Assembly: GCA_046497275.1 (NCBI GenBank)
Contig: JAWOFX010000057.1
Span: 30,001 to 62,000 of the forward strand
Reading direction: 5' to 3'
Length of the DNA stretch: 32,000 nt
Origin: Promethearchaeia archaeon
GTDB lineage: Archaea > Asgardarchaeota > Lokiarchaeia > Sigyniarchaeales > SOKP01
Position 1 is the stretch's first letter. Every line of letters starts with the position of its first letter. Below are positions 16,719 through 25,614 of the stretch, piece after piece. The notes beneath the pieces are model-generated. The model was given only the letters and a program-made list of their open reading frames with translations, searched no databases and was not told the DNA's origin. Position numbers and translations under genes: made by a program.

Positions 16719-19223
16719 TTAATCGTTTTTGTCAATGTTTTCTGATATTTGGGTACTATTTTCAGGTTGGTTCGCTTCCGGTTTTTTTACATTATTATTA
16801 ACTTCCTCCTTTATTTCTGGAACCGGTTTTTTCAGTTTACCTTTTTTTTTGGGGGAAATCTGATTTTTCATTTTCCTATTTACTACAATATTCCTCCCTG
16901 TATAAGTTCCTCCAGTTACAGTTAAGATTGCTCCAATTTGAATACCCCAAAACATAATATTGCTTCTCGCAGTTAATGCTGGATATACTTGACTTGAGAA
17001 TTCGGAAGCTAATTCTTTTGGGACTTCTCCACTCCGCTCGAACCAAATGATTGGCATAATTGATTCATTTATATTTGGTTTTAATTTATTAGATGGATTC
17101 ACTTCAAAATTTATTTGTATTCTTTGTTTAGCATTCATAGTTATTCCAGAAATAGGTTCTACGTCTATAAATGTCTCATGATTCTCCTTTATAGGATTAA
17201 TTCCGATTATAGAATCTGCGATTTCATGTTCACAACCCAAAAAGTGTGGTTTACTCACTCTGACAGGAACTCCTTGGTATTGTTCTACAGGAGATAAATT
17301 GATTATTCCAGGTGTATCCATATAATATTTTTCATTCGGCGCAAAGCAATCAGAATTTAATGTAAATCGTAAAAGTCTTATACCATGTATGGATGTATCT
17401 TCTACATATTCAAGATCCACAACTCTCATCAAATCGGGCTGGAATGTTTGTAATGTTTCTTCTTTAGAAATTCCTTGATGAAATTGCATGCCATCAGTCC
17501 CTCCAACAATTTCTGGGGAATCCCAAATTTCAATTGTATCAGTTCCATCATATTTAACTATTGTTTTGGCGTTATTCATATCATCTTGACCCGTTTTAAT
17601 AGTATAACTCTTGACTTGTTCATATTCAGCTTCTGTTTCATCTTCTATGTCATCAAATATATTCACTGATGCTAAGTTTGTATCCTTTCCATAATAGTTC
17701 ATATAATTTATTATCGCATTGTCTCTTGCACTGAATAACCACTCTTCAGCTGTTCTAGTGGAAATCACCCCACTATTCCAATCGTTAAGGGTGTATTCGA
17801 TTACATTCGGCTCCCACGTGGAAACACTCGTATTAATCCATCTCAAAATCGCTTCCAATTGAATATCATTGAGATTAAATTCATTTTTTAAGAATAATCT
17901 ATTTGGCCCACTTTGATCCTCGGATAATGCTTCGAACCATGTTTTATTTGTTTCATAATCTAATTTTGTTAAAGAATAAGAGTTATTTTCGTCCCATAAT
18001 TCAGCACATTGAGAAAAATTTAATCCCGTTTCAATATCAACTGTATAGAGCGGTAAATTCATGGTGGTCTCGGCATATATCGGCCAAAATACCAACTCGC
18101 TAAAGATTTTAATAAGGCGTGAAGTTTCCACTGCTCTTGTATTAGTAATATTTAAGTCTGCTTCACTGCCATCAGTATAATTATATTGACCATCTATATC
18201 TACCCCCAAGCCATTAATACTTCCTGATTCATCAACCATATCTGCTCCACGCTTAGTTATGATGTCATCCATAGCATCTTGAACTTCATTATCCTCAAGA
18301 ACTTTCTCCATAAGATTCTCCACAGCACCTGCACTTATTGTCTCAATAATCCCTTCTCCATTAAAGCTTATATTTGAGATCAATATCTCATAATTTCCAT
18401 TAAATTGCGGGAAATAATCATTGCCCCATTCAGCATAAAATACTTCCTCCCATCTTGGCATCCCATCCTGAAGAAAATACATCAAATGTTCCATTTCAAT
18501 ACATTTAAAGAATATATCTGCAACGCTTCCTGGTAAAAGCCCTTGCAAATTCCGAGTACAATCTTTCAGAATATCTCTTTGAGTTTGTTCAACCCAATCA
18601 GGATTTGAAAGAGTTGATTGCATTGTTTCTGTAAAAATCGTTTTAAATTCTTGTTTTACTTGAGAAAGGACAAAAGGCAGATTCATTTCAAGGAAATTCC
18701 TTTCAGTCCCTCCAGCAACTTCGAATGCTCCCAAAAGCCCCGGATTTATATTTGTGATCTCAACCTCTGAAATATTCTCTCCTTCTATTTGAACATAATC
18801 AACATATTCCTTATAGGTCACTTCTGTGTTATCACCATTAAATTCAATATCATATTTCGTTTTATAAGCAAGGAAAACAAATGGTCCAACTTCTTCATAT
18901 ACTGGTGTTCCTCCAGCTAAAAATTCTTCAGAATTAGTTAAGTTCCACAAATAATACGAATAATATTCTTCAGGAGCACCAGAATAATTGTTGGAAGTGA
19001 AATGATCATAATTAGAATCTTGAGAAGATGGAATAACAATATGTTCAGAAAGTCCTTGATTTATCAGGTTTTGGATTAAATTTCCCATAATAATCCCTCC
19101 AGAAATTAAAATCCCCCCTAGAATCAATATCGCTACAAATCTTTTGACTTTTTTCGGTGTTAAATTAGTTTCAGATGCTTCAAGTGGTTTATTCTTCTTT
19201 TTTTTAACTTTCTTCTCACTCAT
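16719..19223 (-). CDS. CD36-family (SR-BI/LIMP-2-like scavenger receptor class B) membrane protein with a large internal insertion
   Basis: There are TM helices near both termini. Ordered CD36 motifs are WNLTNSEEFLAGGTPVYEEVGPF, KYDIEFNGDNTEVTY, ITNINP, TAEEWLF, YTIKTGQDD, WDS...GGTDGMQF, DLMRVVDLEY, HGIRLLRF, PVRVSKPHFLG, GINP..ENHETFIDVEPISG, QRIQIN and MPIIWFE. Confidence 0.88.
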   Translation of the reverse strand: MSEKKVKKKKNKPLEASETNLTPKKVKRFVAILILGGILISGGIIMGNLIQNLINQGLSEHIVIPSSQDSNYDHFTSNNYSGAPEEYYSYYLWNLTNSEEFLAGGTPVYEEVGPFVFLAYKTKYDIEFNGDNTEVTYKEYVDYVQIEGENISEVEITNINPGLLGAFEVAGGTERNFLEMNLPFVLSQVKQEFKTIFTETMQSTLSNPDWVEQTQRDILKDCTRNLQGLLPGSVADIFFKCIEMEHLMYFLQDGMPRWEEVFYAEWGNDYFPQFNGNYEILISNISFNGEGIIETISAGAVENLMEKVLEDNEVQDAMDDIITKRGADMVDESGSINGLGVDIDGQYNYTDGSEADLNITNTRAVETSRLIKIFSELVFWPIYAETTMNLPLYTVDIETGLNFSQCAELWDENNSYSLTKLDYETNKTWFEALSEDQSGPNRLFLKNEFNLNDIQLEAILRWINTSVSTWEPNVIEYTLNDWNSGVISTRTAEEWLFSARDNAIINYMNYYGKDTNLASVNIFDDIEDETEAEYEQVKSYTIKTGQDDMNNAKTIVKYDGTDTIEIWDSPEIVGGTDGMQFHQGISKEETLQTFQPDLMRVVDLEYVEDTSIHGIRLLRFTLNSDCFAPNEKYYMDTPGIINLSPVEQYQGVPVRVSKPHFLGCEHEIADSIIGINPIKENHETFIDVEPISGITMNAKQRIQINFEVNPSNKLKPNINESIMPIIWFERSGEVPKELASEFSSQVYPALTARSNIMFWGIQIGAILTVTGGTYTGRNIVVNRKMKNQISPKKKGKLKKPVPEIKEEVNNNVKKPEANQPENSTQISENIDKND

Positions 19224-19403
19224 ACTAAATTTTTCACTTTTTTCTTAATAAAAGATCTCGATCATCATTAATGATCAAATATATAAAATACTATTTGTTT
19301 TTCAATATATTTAAATCTTTTCTCAATCCGTGGTAAATAAAATTAGAATGAGTAAAAATCAGCCATAAGGTATGTTAAAATGGATTAATAAATATCTCCA
19401 AAT

Positions 19404-20444
19404 TTATTTTATTCCAAGATATTCTTTAACTTGTTTTCTAACCAAATTCGTCGCAATATTAATGACTCCACTTTTAACCTTCGGATTTGAAAATATAATA
19501 AGTAACATCTTACTTAAATTGGGATTTTCTGAATCTATAGGTGCTAAGTCCAATATCCCTTCTGTACCTCTAACTGATATTGATTGAAGCGACCCTGCAC
19601 TTAACCCATCAATAATATCCTCTCCCATCATTGACAAATTTTGCCCGATAGTTGCGAATAAGGTATCCGAAATCCTATCGGAAATAGCTGAAGCAAGAAT
19701 TGTTCCATCTCGATTAATCAGTGCACTAGCTTCACAGTTTATATCGATATTTAACAATTTTTTTAAAATTTCCGTTAAACTTTCTGGCTTAATTTCTTTT
19801 TGAGGTGCTTTTTCTTCCTCAACTATTTCAGCTTGCTCGATTTCTTCCTCCGGTTGAGGTATTTGTAATTTTTCTGAGAGAAACCTTAGCACTTCCCTCA
19901 TATCTTCTTCAAGCTGTTTTCTTTTCCCCTGGATTTCATCTGTTTGCTGCACTTTTTTCCTAGAAGATTCTTGCGGTGGTTTTACTGGAGTGAGTGGTTG
20001 GGGTTGGGGTTTTGCTTTTGGTTGTGAAGTTGAAATTCCGGACACAGGGTCTTTGGAAAAAATAGATCCATCAAATGGACTAGGCTCTATCTCTTCAAGG
20101 TAATCCCATCTATTTTGAGTTGATGGCTGAAATTCATCCTGTTTCTCAATGTTATTATCGATTCCATTTCCACTCATCGGAATTTCTTGAAGGGATAAAT
20201 TATTTTTTTCTTCTGTTGTTCCCTTAGAATTAAAAAATTTAGCTTCCGCAGGGGTAAAGGTCTTGGTTTTTGATTTAGATTGTTGATTATCACTTGTTTC
20301 TTTGTTTTCGCTTTCTTTTTCTTTTTTACCAAATGGAACCCGTAATCTTGGGGCCTTTGTGGAAACTGGAAGGAGTGCACCGCACTTCCGACAAACTTTA
20401 GTATTCTCATCATTTGTAGAGCCGCAATTTGGACAGATGATCAT
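19404..20444 (-). CDS. Double zinc-ribbon + Pro/Gln/Ser-rich disordered linker + C-terminal roadblock/LC7 domain protein
   Basis: The likely ATG at 20444 gives MIICPNCG...CRKCG. The C-terminal EASALINRDGTILASA...LQSISVRGTEG...KSGVINI is roadblock-like. Confidence 0.78.
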   Translation of the reverse strand: MIICPNCGSTNDENTKVCRKCGALLPVSTKAPRLRVPFGKKEKESENKETSDNQQSKSKTKTFTPAEAKFFNSKGTTEEKNNLSLQEIPMSGNGIDNNIEKQDEFQPSTQNRWDYLEEIEPSPFDGSIFSKDPVSGISTSQPKAKPQPQPLTPVKPPQESSRKKVQQTDEIQGKRKQLEEDMREVLRFLSEKLQIPQPEEEIEQAEIVEEEKAPQKEIKPESLTEILKKLLNIDINCEASALINRDGTILASAISDRISDTLFATIGQNLSMMGEDIIDGLSAGSLQSISVRGTEGILDLAPIDSENPNLSKMLLIIFSNPKVKSGVINIATNLVRKQVKEYLGIK

Positions 20445-20629
20445 AGTGTTAAAAATTTTTTTTTCTAAAAAATTATCAATAAAATCATTAAGACTTATAT
20501 AAAAATCCAAATATAAATTAATTTCTGTTAACTTTCCATATGAATTTTATTTTTCTTGTCTTTTATACAAATCTTCTTTTTAATATAAAAAATCAAAATT
20601 TGGATGGATTCGATTTTTGCGTTTTTAAG

Positions 20630-21379
20630 TTAACGATCTAATCTCTCAGCTATCCATTTCGGTATTACTAATGAAAAATACAAAAATAGCACAAATATAA
20701 AGGCAAAAACCCACCCTAAATATACGAAAATTGAATATCCTGGATGCTCGAACGCAACAATTAAAATATTATCAAGGGTTATCATAACAAAAAACATAAT
20801 CATAGAAAGCACAGCATAAAATAGAAATGTCAATCCCCATTTTGTAATCTTTTCCTTCGCTTGTGATTTTACATTCCAGCTTATAGAAGCAATTGAAGCA
20901 TAGATCAAAATTGAATATATCGCAAAACTAATTGTGGTATAGGTTCTAATATTTATCTCTCCTTCATAATCCTCGTGAGGGATACCCCACCAATTCCAGG
21001 GCAAAATTAAAAGAACTATCAAAACTAAACCGATAATAATAATTGGAATTAATGCTTTTTCTCCTTTCTCAGTTATGTTCACGGCAAAATTATATAGAAA
21101 AATATCTGCAATTACTACACAACAATACGCTAAGGGAAAAGTTATTCTATAGATTTCTTTAAAATAGCCCGTTATGATAGTTTCAGCAGCTCCAATTGCA
21201 AGAAACGTTAAAGCGAATATAAATGAAATGAACACATATGATAGATATAGCGGCTCATCATATTTTCTTTCTCGCCATTTAATCAACATTTTAATAGCTA
21301 AGAAGCTGCTCGCAAGTATTAAGATAATATAAATGGCGAAAAGAGGATAAATTCCTTGATTAATAGGTGTATATGACAT
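20630..21379 (-). CDS. Stand-alone seven-transmembrane protein (HisKA-7TM-like, no kinase domain)
   Basis: Likely ATG at 21379 (MSYTPINQG). Seven hydrophobic segments were counted by eye, and the protein ends VIPKWIAERLDR. Confidence 0.7.
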   Translation of the reverse strand: MSYTPINQGIYPLFAIYIILILASSFLAIKMLIKWRERKYDEPLYLSYVFISFIFALTFLAIGAAETIITGYFKEIYRITFPLAYCCVVIADIFLYNFAVNITEKGEKALIPIIIIGLVLIVLLILPWNWWGIPHEDYEGEINIRTYTTISFAIYSILIYASIASISWNVKSQAKEKITKWGLTFLFYAVLSMIMFFVMITLDNILIVAFEHPGYSIFVYLGWVFAFIFVLFLYFSLVIPKWIAERLDR

Positions 21380-21512
21380 AGAATATAATTTGTTACAACC
21401 ACATAAATAGATTTTCTTTTTAGTTATAAGGTGCAAGATCAAATTCAGAGCTTTTGATTAAAAAACCCATAAAAGAAATATGGATTATTTTAATCTTAAA
21501 AATTATAAATTT

Positions 21513-22460
21513 TTATTTATACAAAATTTCCTGTAATAGATTCGTGAGGGATTCAATATCTTCTTTATTATATTTTGGCTCTTCTTTCACCAATAATAAA
21601 TAATACGGTGGTATCCCCTCTTTTAATGTGATTTGCTTAAAAATAAAATACTTATCATAGCGTTGAACTAAGACGTTATTCTCCGGATCTTTTATGATTT
21701 TTGCTTTATCCTCAGCAACTTTAAAACTATCGTTAAGAGTTAAGAAATATGGAGTGGAAGAGTCTAAGATAGTTTTAATTTCATCATTTTTAAAGTAAGA
21801 ACCAATCTGGAGGCTATTATCGTCAATAACAACTACTCCCTCTGCACCTACTTTTTCCGAGAATTCTTTTATAGTTTTATTAATTAACTCAGATTTTGGA
21901 TATAATGTCAAAAGAATCTCAGACATCGCTCTTATAATCGAAGATATATCATAAATTGTCGTATTATAGAAATATAACCGTTTGTACTCTGATTTCTTCT
22001 TTATATCTTGTTTTAAGTTGAGAGTGAGGTTTGAATATTCATTATACGCACTGCGCTCTAAGACGGGATCGAATTTATGAAAAAAGATATATATTGGAGG
22101 GCTAATTTCTAATTCTTCAAATTGTGCAATCACATCTTTGAGATAATCAATCGCTTCAGGTATTCTTTTCTTGTCTTGGATATCAATAACATATATTGCT
22201 ATCTCTGTATTATCAAAATATTTTGAGGGATTCTTTAGATACGCAATGCGATACGACTTCTGGCCTCCTAAGTCCCATTCACTAATATTCTTATCTAAAA
22301 ACTGGAATACTCTTCTCTGCGCTCCTCTTGTCGGAGAAAGAATCGCTATCTTCGAGAATTCTCTCTTAAGTACCATTATGATTGAAGTCTTTCCTGCTCC
22401 GTCAAGACCGGTAAATAGAATTTTAGATGCTTCTGGATCTTCTTCTTTTAAATATTCCAA
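21513..22460 (-). CDS. Rag/Gtr-like small GTPase with C-terminal roadblock domain (paralog B)
   Basis: TTG start with SD GGTGA. Motifs are G1 GLDGAGKTS, G2 PTRG, G3 WDLGGQ, G4 HKFD and G5 TTIYD. EGVVVIDDNSLQIGS fits a roadblock pattern. Confidence 0.82.
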   Translation of the reverse strand: MEYLKEEDPEASKILFTGLDGAGKTSIIMVLKREFSKIAILSPTRGAQRRVFQFLDKNISEWDLGGQKSYRIAYLKNPSKYFDNTEIAIYVIDIQDKKRIPEAIDYLKDVIAQFEELEISPPIYIFFHKFDPVLERSAYNEYSNLTLNLKQDIKKKSEYKRLYFYNTTIYDISSIIRAMSEILLTLYPKSELINKTIKEFSEKVGAEGVVVIDDNSLQIGSYFKNDEIKTILDSSTPYFLTLNDSFKVAEDKAKIIKDPENNVLVQRYDKYFIFKQITLKEGIPPYYLLLVKEEPKYNKEDIESLTNLLQEILYK

Positions 22461-22777
22461 GAATGAATTTCACCTTACGTTCTTAAACCTAAAAAATTAT
22501 TCTTATTAAAATAAAAACAACAATACTAATTTATTAATTTTGTCCCAGATCTTATTAAAAAATTTTTCTAACTTGATCTAAAGAACTAAAATTTGCTTGT
22601 AATTTTTAAAGAAAACTGATTGGCTTCTTGATATTTAATATTAAATACACGTAATTATTTAATAGTTTCTATTAAAAGGAGATTAATAACAAAGAATAAT
22701 CTGAATAATATTTATAAAATCGTTTATCTTTTAGAAGCAAGTGTTTCCAATTTCTATGAAAAAAGGAAATTGGAAAT

Positions 22778-23728
22778 TTAAATTAGTAATTGTCTAAGCA
22801 AATTGGAAACTGATTGAATATCTTTGCTATAGTAATCAGGGGTAGCTTTCACCATTAGAAGATAATAAGGTGGAACGCCCTCTCCCAATATTAATTTAAA
22901 GAAAATGAAATTTTTTTGGAATTTTTTTATAACCATTGTCTGGAAAGGACTATTTGGATTATTAAGGGAATTATTATTGACTTTCTCGAAGCTATCGTTA
23001 AGAGTTAAGAAATACGGAATAGAATCCATAACAAGGTCTTTTATACTTTTATTTGTAAAATATGAACCAATGAAGAGAGAGTTATCATCCACTATTAATA
23101 TTCCTTCCGAAGTAGTTTTTTTCGCAAACTCTTCTATTATTTTATCTATTAATGTCGTTTTAGGTACTAATGATAAAAAGATCTCAGAGAGAGCTCCAAG
23201 CACAGATGATATGTTAAAAATAGAGGTGGTATGAAAATCTATGGTTTTATAATTTAAATTCTTGTTTATTTTCTTTTTTAATTTTTTAATATGAGAATCA
23301 TAATTATTCTCTTGGTCTTTTAAGAGTTTTGGGTCTGCTTTATGGAAAAATACATGAATAAACGGGGCAATCTCTAATTTATCAAATGTTTGGACAACTT
23401 TTTCTAAAAATTCAATTGCTTCATTGAATCTGTTATTATCTTGAATATCAATTACATAAATTGCGACACTAGTGTTAGCAAAAAAGTCATTGGGTCGTTT
23501 TAAGTAAGAAATACGATATTTTTTTTGTCCTCCAAGATCAAATTCGGCAATTTGCTTTCCTAAGAAGTCGAATATTCGCTTTTGGCTACCTTGGGTTGGA
23601 CTTAAAGACTCTATTTGAGCAAATTCTCGTTTGAGAACTGAAATAATAGAAGTTTTTCCCGCATTATCTAAACCAGTGAAAAGCACTTTTTCTGTTTTTT
23701 GATCTTCCCGTTGCATATATTTTAACAA
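22778..23728 (-). CDS. Rag/Gtr-like small GTPase with C-terminal roadblock domain (paralog A)
   Basis: TTG start with SD GGTGA. Motifs are G1 GLDNAGKTS, G2 PTQG, G3 FDLGGQ, G4 HKAD and G5 TSIFN. The protein is colinear with paralog B over its full length. Confidence 0.82.
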   Translation of the reverse strand: MLKYMQREDQKTEKVLFTGLDNAGKTSIISVLKREFAQIESLSPTQGSQKRIFDFLGKQIAEFDLGGQKKYRISYLKRPNDFFANTSVAIYVIDIQDNNRFNEAIEFLEKVVQTFDKLEIAPFIHVFFHKADPKLLKDQENNYDSHIKKLKKKINKNLNYKTIDFHTTSIFNISSVLGALSEIFLSLVPKTTLIDKIIEEFAKKTTSEGILIVDDNSLFIGSYFTNKSIKDLVMDSIPYFLTLNDSFEKVNNNSLNNPNSPFQTMVIKKFQKNFIFFKLILGEGVPPYYLLMVKATPDYYSKDIQSVSNLLRQLLI

Positions 23729-23864
23729 AATTTTTCACCCATTTCCTTATTAAACACTAAATAATTTAAGATGATTTGGGGTAATAAAGATTTATGCTAT
23801 AATACATTTGCAAACTCTATATTTTACCTTAAATTTGAAAGAGGAAAAGAAGAAATAATTTATT

Positions 23865-25214
23865 CTAAAAATTTTTGAGTAAAAAGGTCTTAAAACCGTT
23901 ATAGTTTGTAATTTCTACCGGGTTTGGGATTTCTTCACGATTTTGAATTTTTTTTAATGAATCCGGTATTTCGGGAGTAACATTAATCAGTTCGATAATT
24001 TCATCTGGGAACTTGGCGGGATCTGCGGTTTCAAAGGTGATGGATTTAATATTTTTTTCATTAGGATGTTCCTTTCTGTAGTATTGAAGTGCTCTCCATC
24101 CAACGGCGCCGTGAGGTTCTAAAATCCCTTGATATTCGTTATAGAAATTTTTGATTGTTTCTTTCGTTTCATCATCAGAAATGGAATATGAAACAATTTT
24201 TTTTCTCATTTGTTCCATATTTGGTTTTTTATGAATAGTACCAGTCTCATCAATCTGACCACCGTAAAGATCAATCAATCGTGCGAGATTAGAGGGATGA
24301 CCTACGTTCATAGCATTAGAAATGCAATTTTTGGACGGTTCAACCTTTTCATAAGTTCCAGTGGTTAAAAATTTTGGAAATTCATCATTCTCATTCACTG
24401 CAGCAATAAACCGTTTCACGGGAAGACCCATGTTATAAGCAATTAATCCTCCCATTAAATTACCGAAATTTCCAGATGGAACTGAGAATATGACTTTCTC
24501 TCCTTGTGTTTCTACAATTCTGGAATAACCCCAGAAATAATAAAAGGTTTGTGGTAGCAATCTACCAAAATTAATAGAATTTGCAGACGAGAGTCTTAGA
24601 TGACTGAGGTCATTATCGGCAAACGCTTTTTTTACATATTGTTGACAATCATCAAATTTTCCTTGTATCCCTATTGCTGTGATATTTTTACCCAAAGTAG
24701 TCATTTGTTTTCTCTGAAGTTCACTAATTTCATATTTCGGAAATAGAACGACTACGCGAATGCGGGCCATTTCATAAAATGCTTGAGCGACTGCGCCCCC
24801 TGTATCTCCTGAAGTTGCCGTTAATATGATTATGTTTTTATTCTCCTTTTCCAAATAATACTCCAGCAATCTTGCTAATGTTCTTGCGCCGAAGTCTTTA
24901 AAACTACACGTTGGACCCCTATCTAAATAACAGATGAAACCATTCTCCGTTATTGATTTAACTGGGGCGTCAAAATTTAATGCTTTTTTAACAATTTTCT
25001 TAAATTCTCTCTTGGGGATAGTATTTCCAATAATTTTCGAGAGAACAATAAGTCCTATTTGGTGTAATGATAAGTTTCTAAAGGAAAAAATTCGTTCTTC
25101 CTCTAATCTATTTATCTTATTGAGCATATACAGCCCTTTATCAGGAGCTTGCCCTTTCAATATAGCCTCTTTAAAATTCACATTAGGAGAATTATAATTC
25201 GTTGAATGGAACAT
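23865..25214 (-). CDS. thrC: Threonine synthase (long, E. coli/yeast-like type)
   Basis: GQAPDKGLY, GPTCSFKDFGAR (PLP lysine), ATSGDTGGAVA, SSANSINFGRLLPQ, VPSGNFGN and TADPAKF. Confidence 0.93.
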   Translation of the reverse strand: MFHSTNYNSPNVNFKEAILKGQAPDKGLYMLNKINRLEEERIFSFRNLSLHQIGLIVLSKIIGNTIPKREFKKIVKKALNFDAPVKSITENGFICYLDRGPTCSFKDFGARTLARLLEYYLEKENKNIIILTATSGDTGGAVAQAFYEMARIRVVVLFPKYEISELQRKQMTTLGKNITAIGIQGKFDDCQQYVKKAFADNDLSHLRLSSANSINFGRLLPQTFYYFWGYSRIVETQGEKVIFSVPSGNFGNLMGGLIAYNMGLPVKRFIAAVNENDEFPKFLTTGTYEKVEPSKNCISNAMNVGHPSNLARLIDLYGGQIDETGTIHKKPNMEQMRKKIVSYSISDDETKETIKNFYNEYQGILEPHGAVGWRALQYYRKEHPNEKNIKSITFETADPAKFPDEIIELINVTPEIPDSLKKIQNREEIPNPVEITNYNGFKTFLLKNF

Positions 25215-25286
25215 AGTAGTAATAATATCAAATCAAAGTTTACCAAAAAATATTATCTAATGCTTTGTCCTTCAAACTTATAATTA

Positions 25287-25532
25287 TCAAAATTTACCGA
25301 AAAAATTGGTGATATCGAAATAAACAGTTTCTTCTTTACCATTAATATTTAAAGTAAGCATATCATACATTCGATTATCAATTTTAAGTAGAGATTGTTT
25401 TAATAGTTTATATTGTCCAAACCTTCTTTTTATTTCGGTAATTTCTTGACCAACTCCTTCAATATTATTACAATCTGTTATTATAATGGCATCATCTTGA
25501 CAAGAGCCATTTCCTCCTTCAATCCTAACCAT
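25287..25532 (-). CDS. Small conserved-looking hypothetical protein
   Basis: 81 aa, GGNGSCQDDAIII...YDMLTL...YFDITNFFGK, co-oriented with its neighbours. Confidence 0.65.
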   Translation of the reverse strand: MVRIEGGNGSCQDDAIIITDCNNIEGVGQEITEIKRRFGQYKLLKQSLLKIDNRMYDMLTLNINGKEETVYFDITNFFGKF

Positions 25533-25614
25533 TTTATTCCCTATTTTAAGTTATCAATTTCATATTATGACTTAATTAAATTTAAGGATATTTGTTTTAT
25601 GCTTAATATTAATG

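Noticed and set aside
19264-19275. Palindrome ATCATTAATGAT upstream of the CD36 gene, with a one-mismatch copy at 31027-31038
   Set aside because: It is very AT-rich and plausible by chance at this base composition. It was not promoted without genome-wide statistics.
20630-21442. 7TM protein as a microbial rhodopsin or heliorhodopsin
   Set aside because: There is no lysine in helix 7 (SIFVYLGWVFAFIFVLFLYF) and no DxxxK or SxxxK motif.
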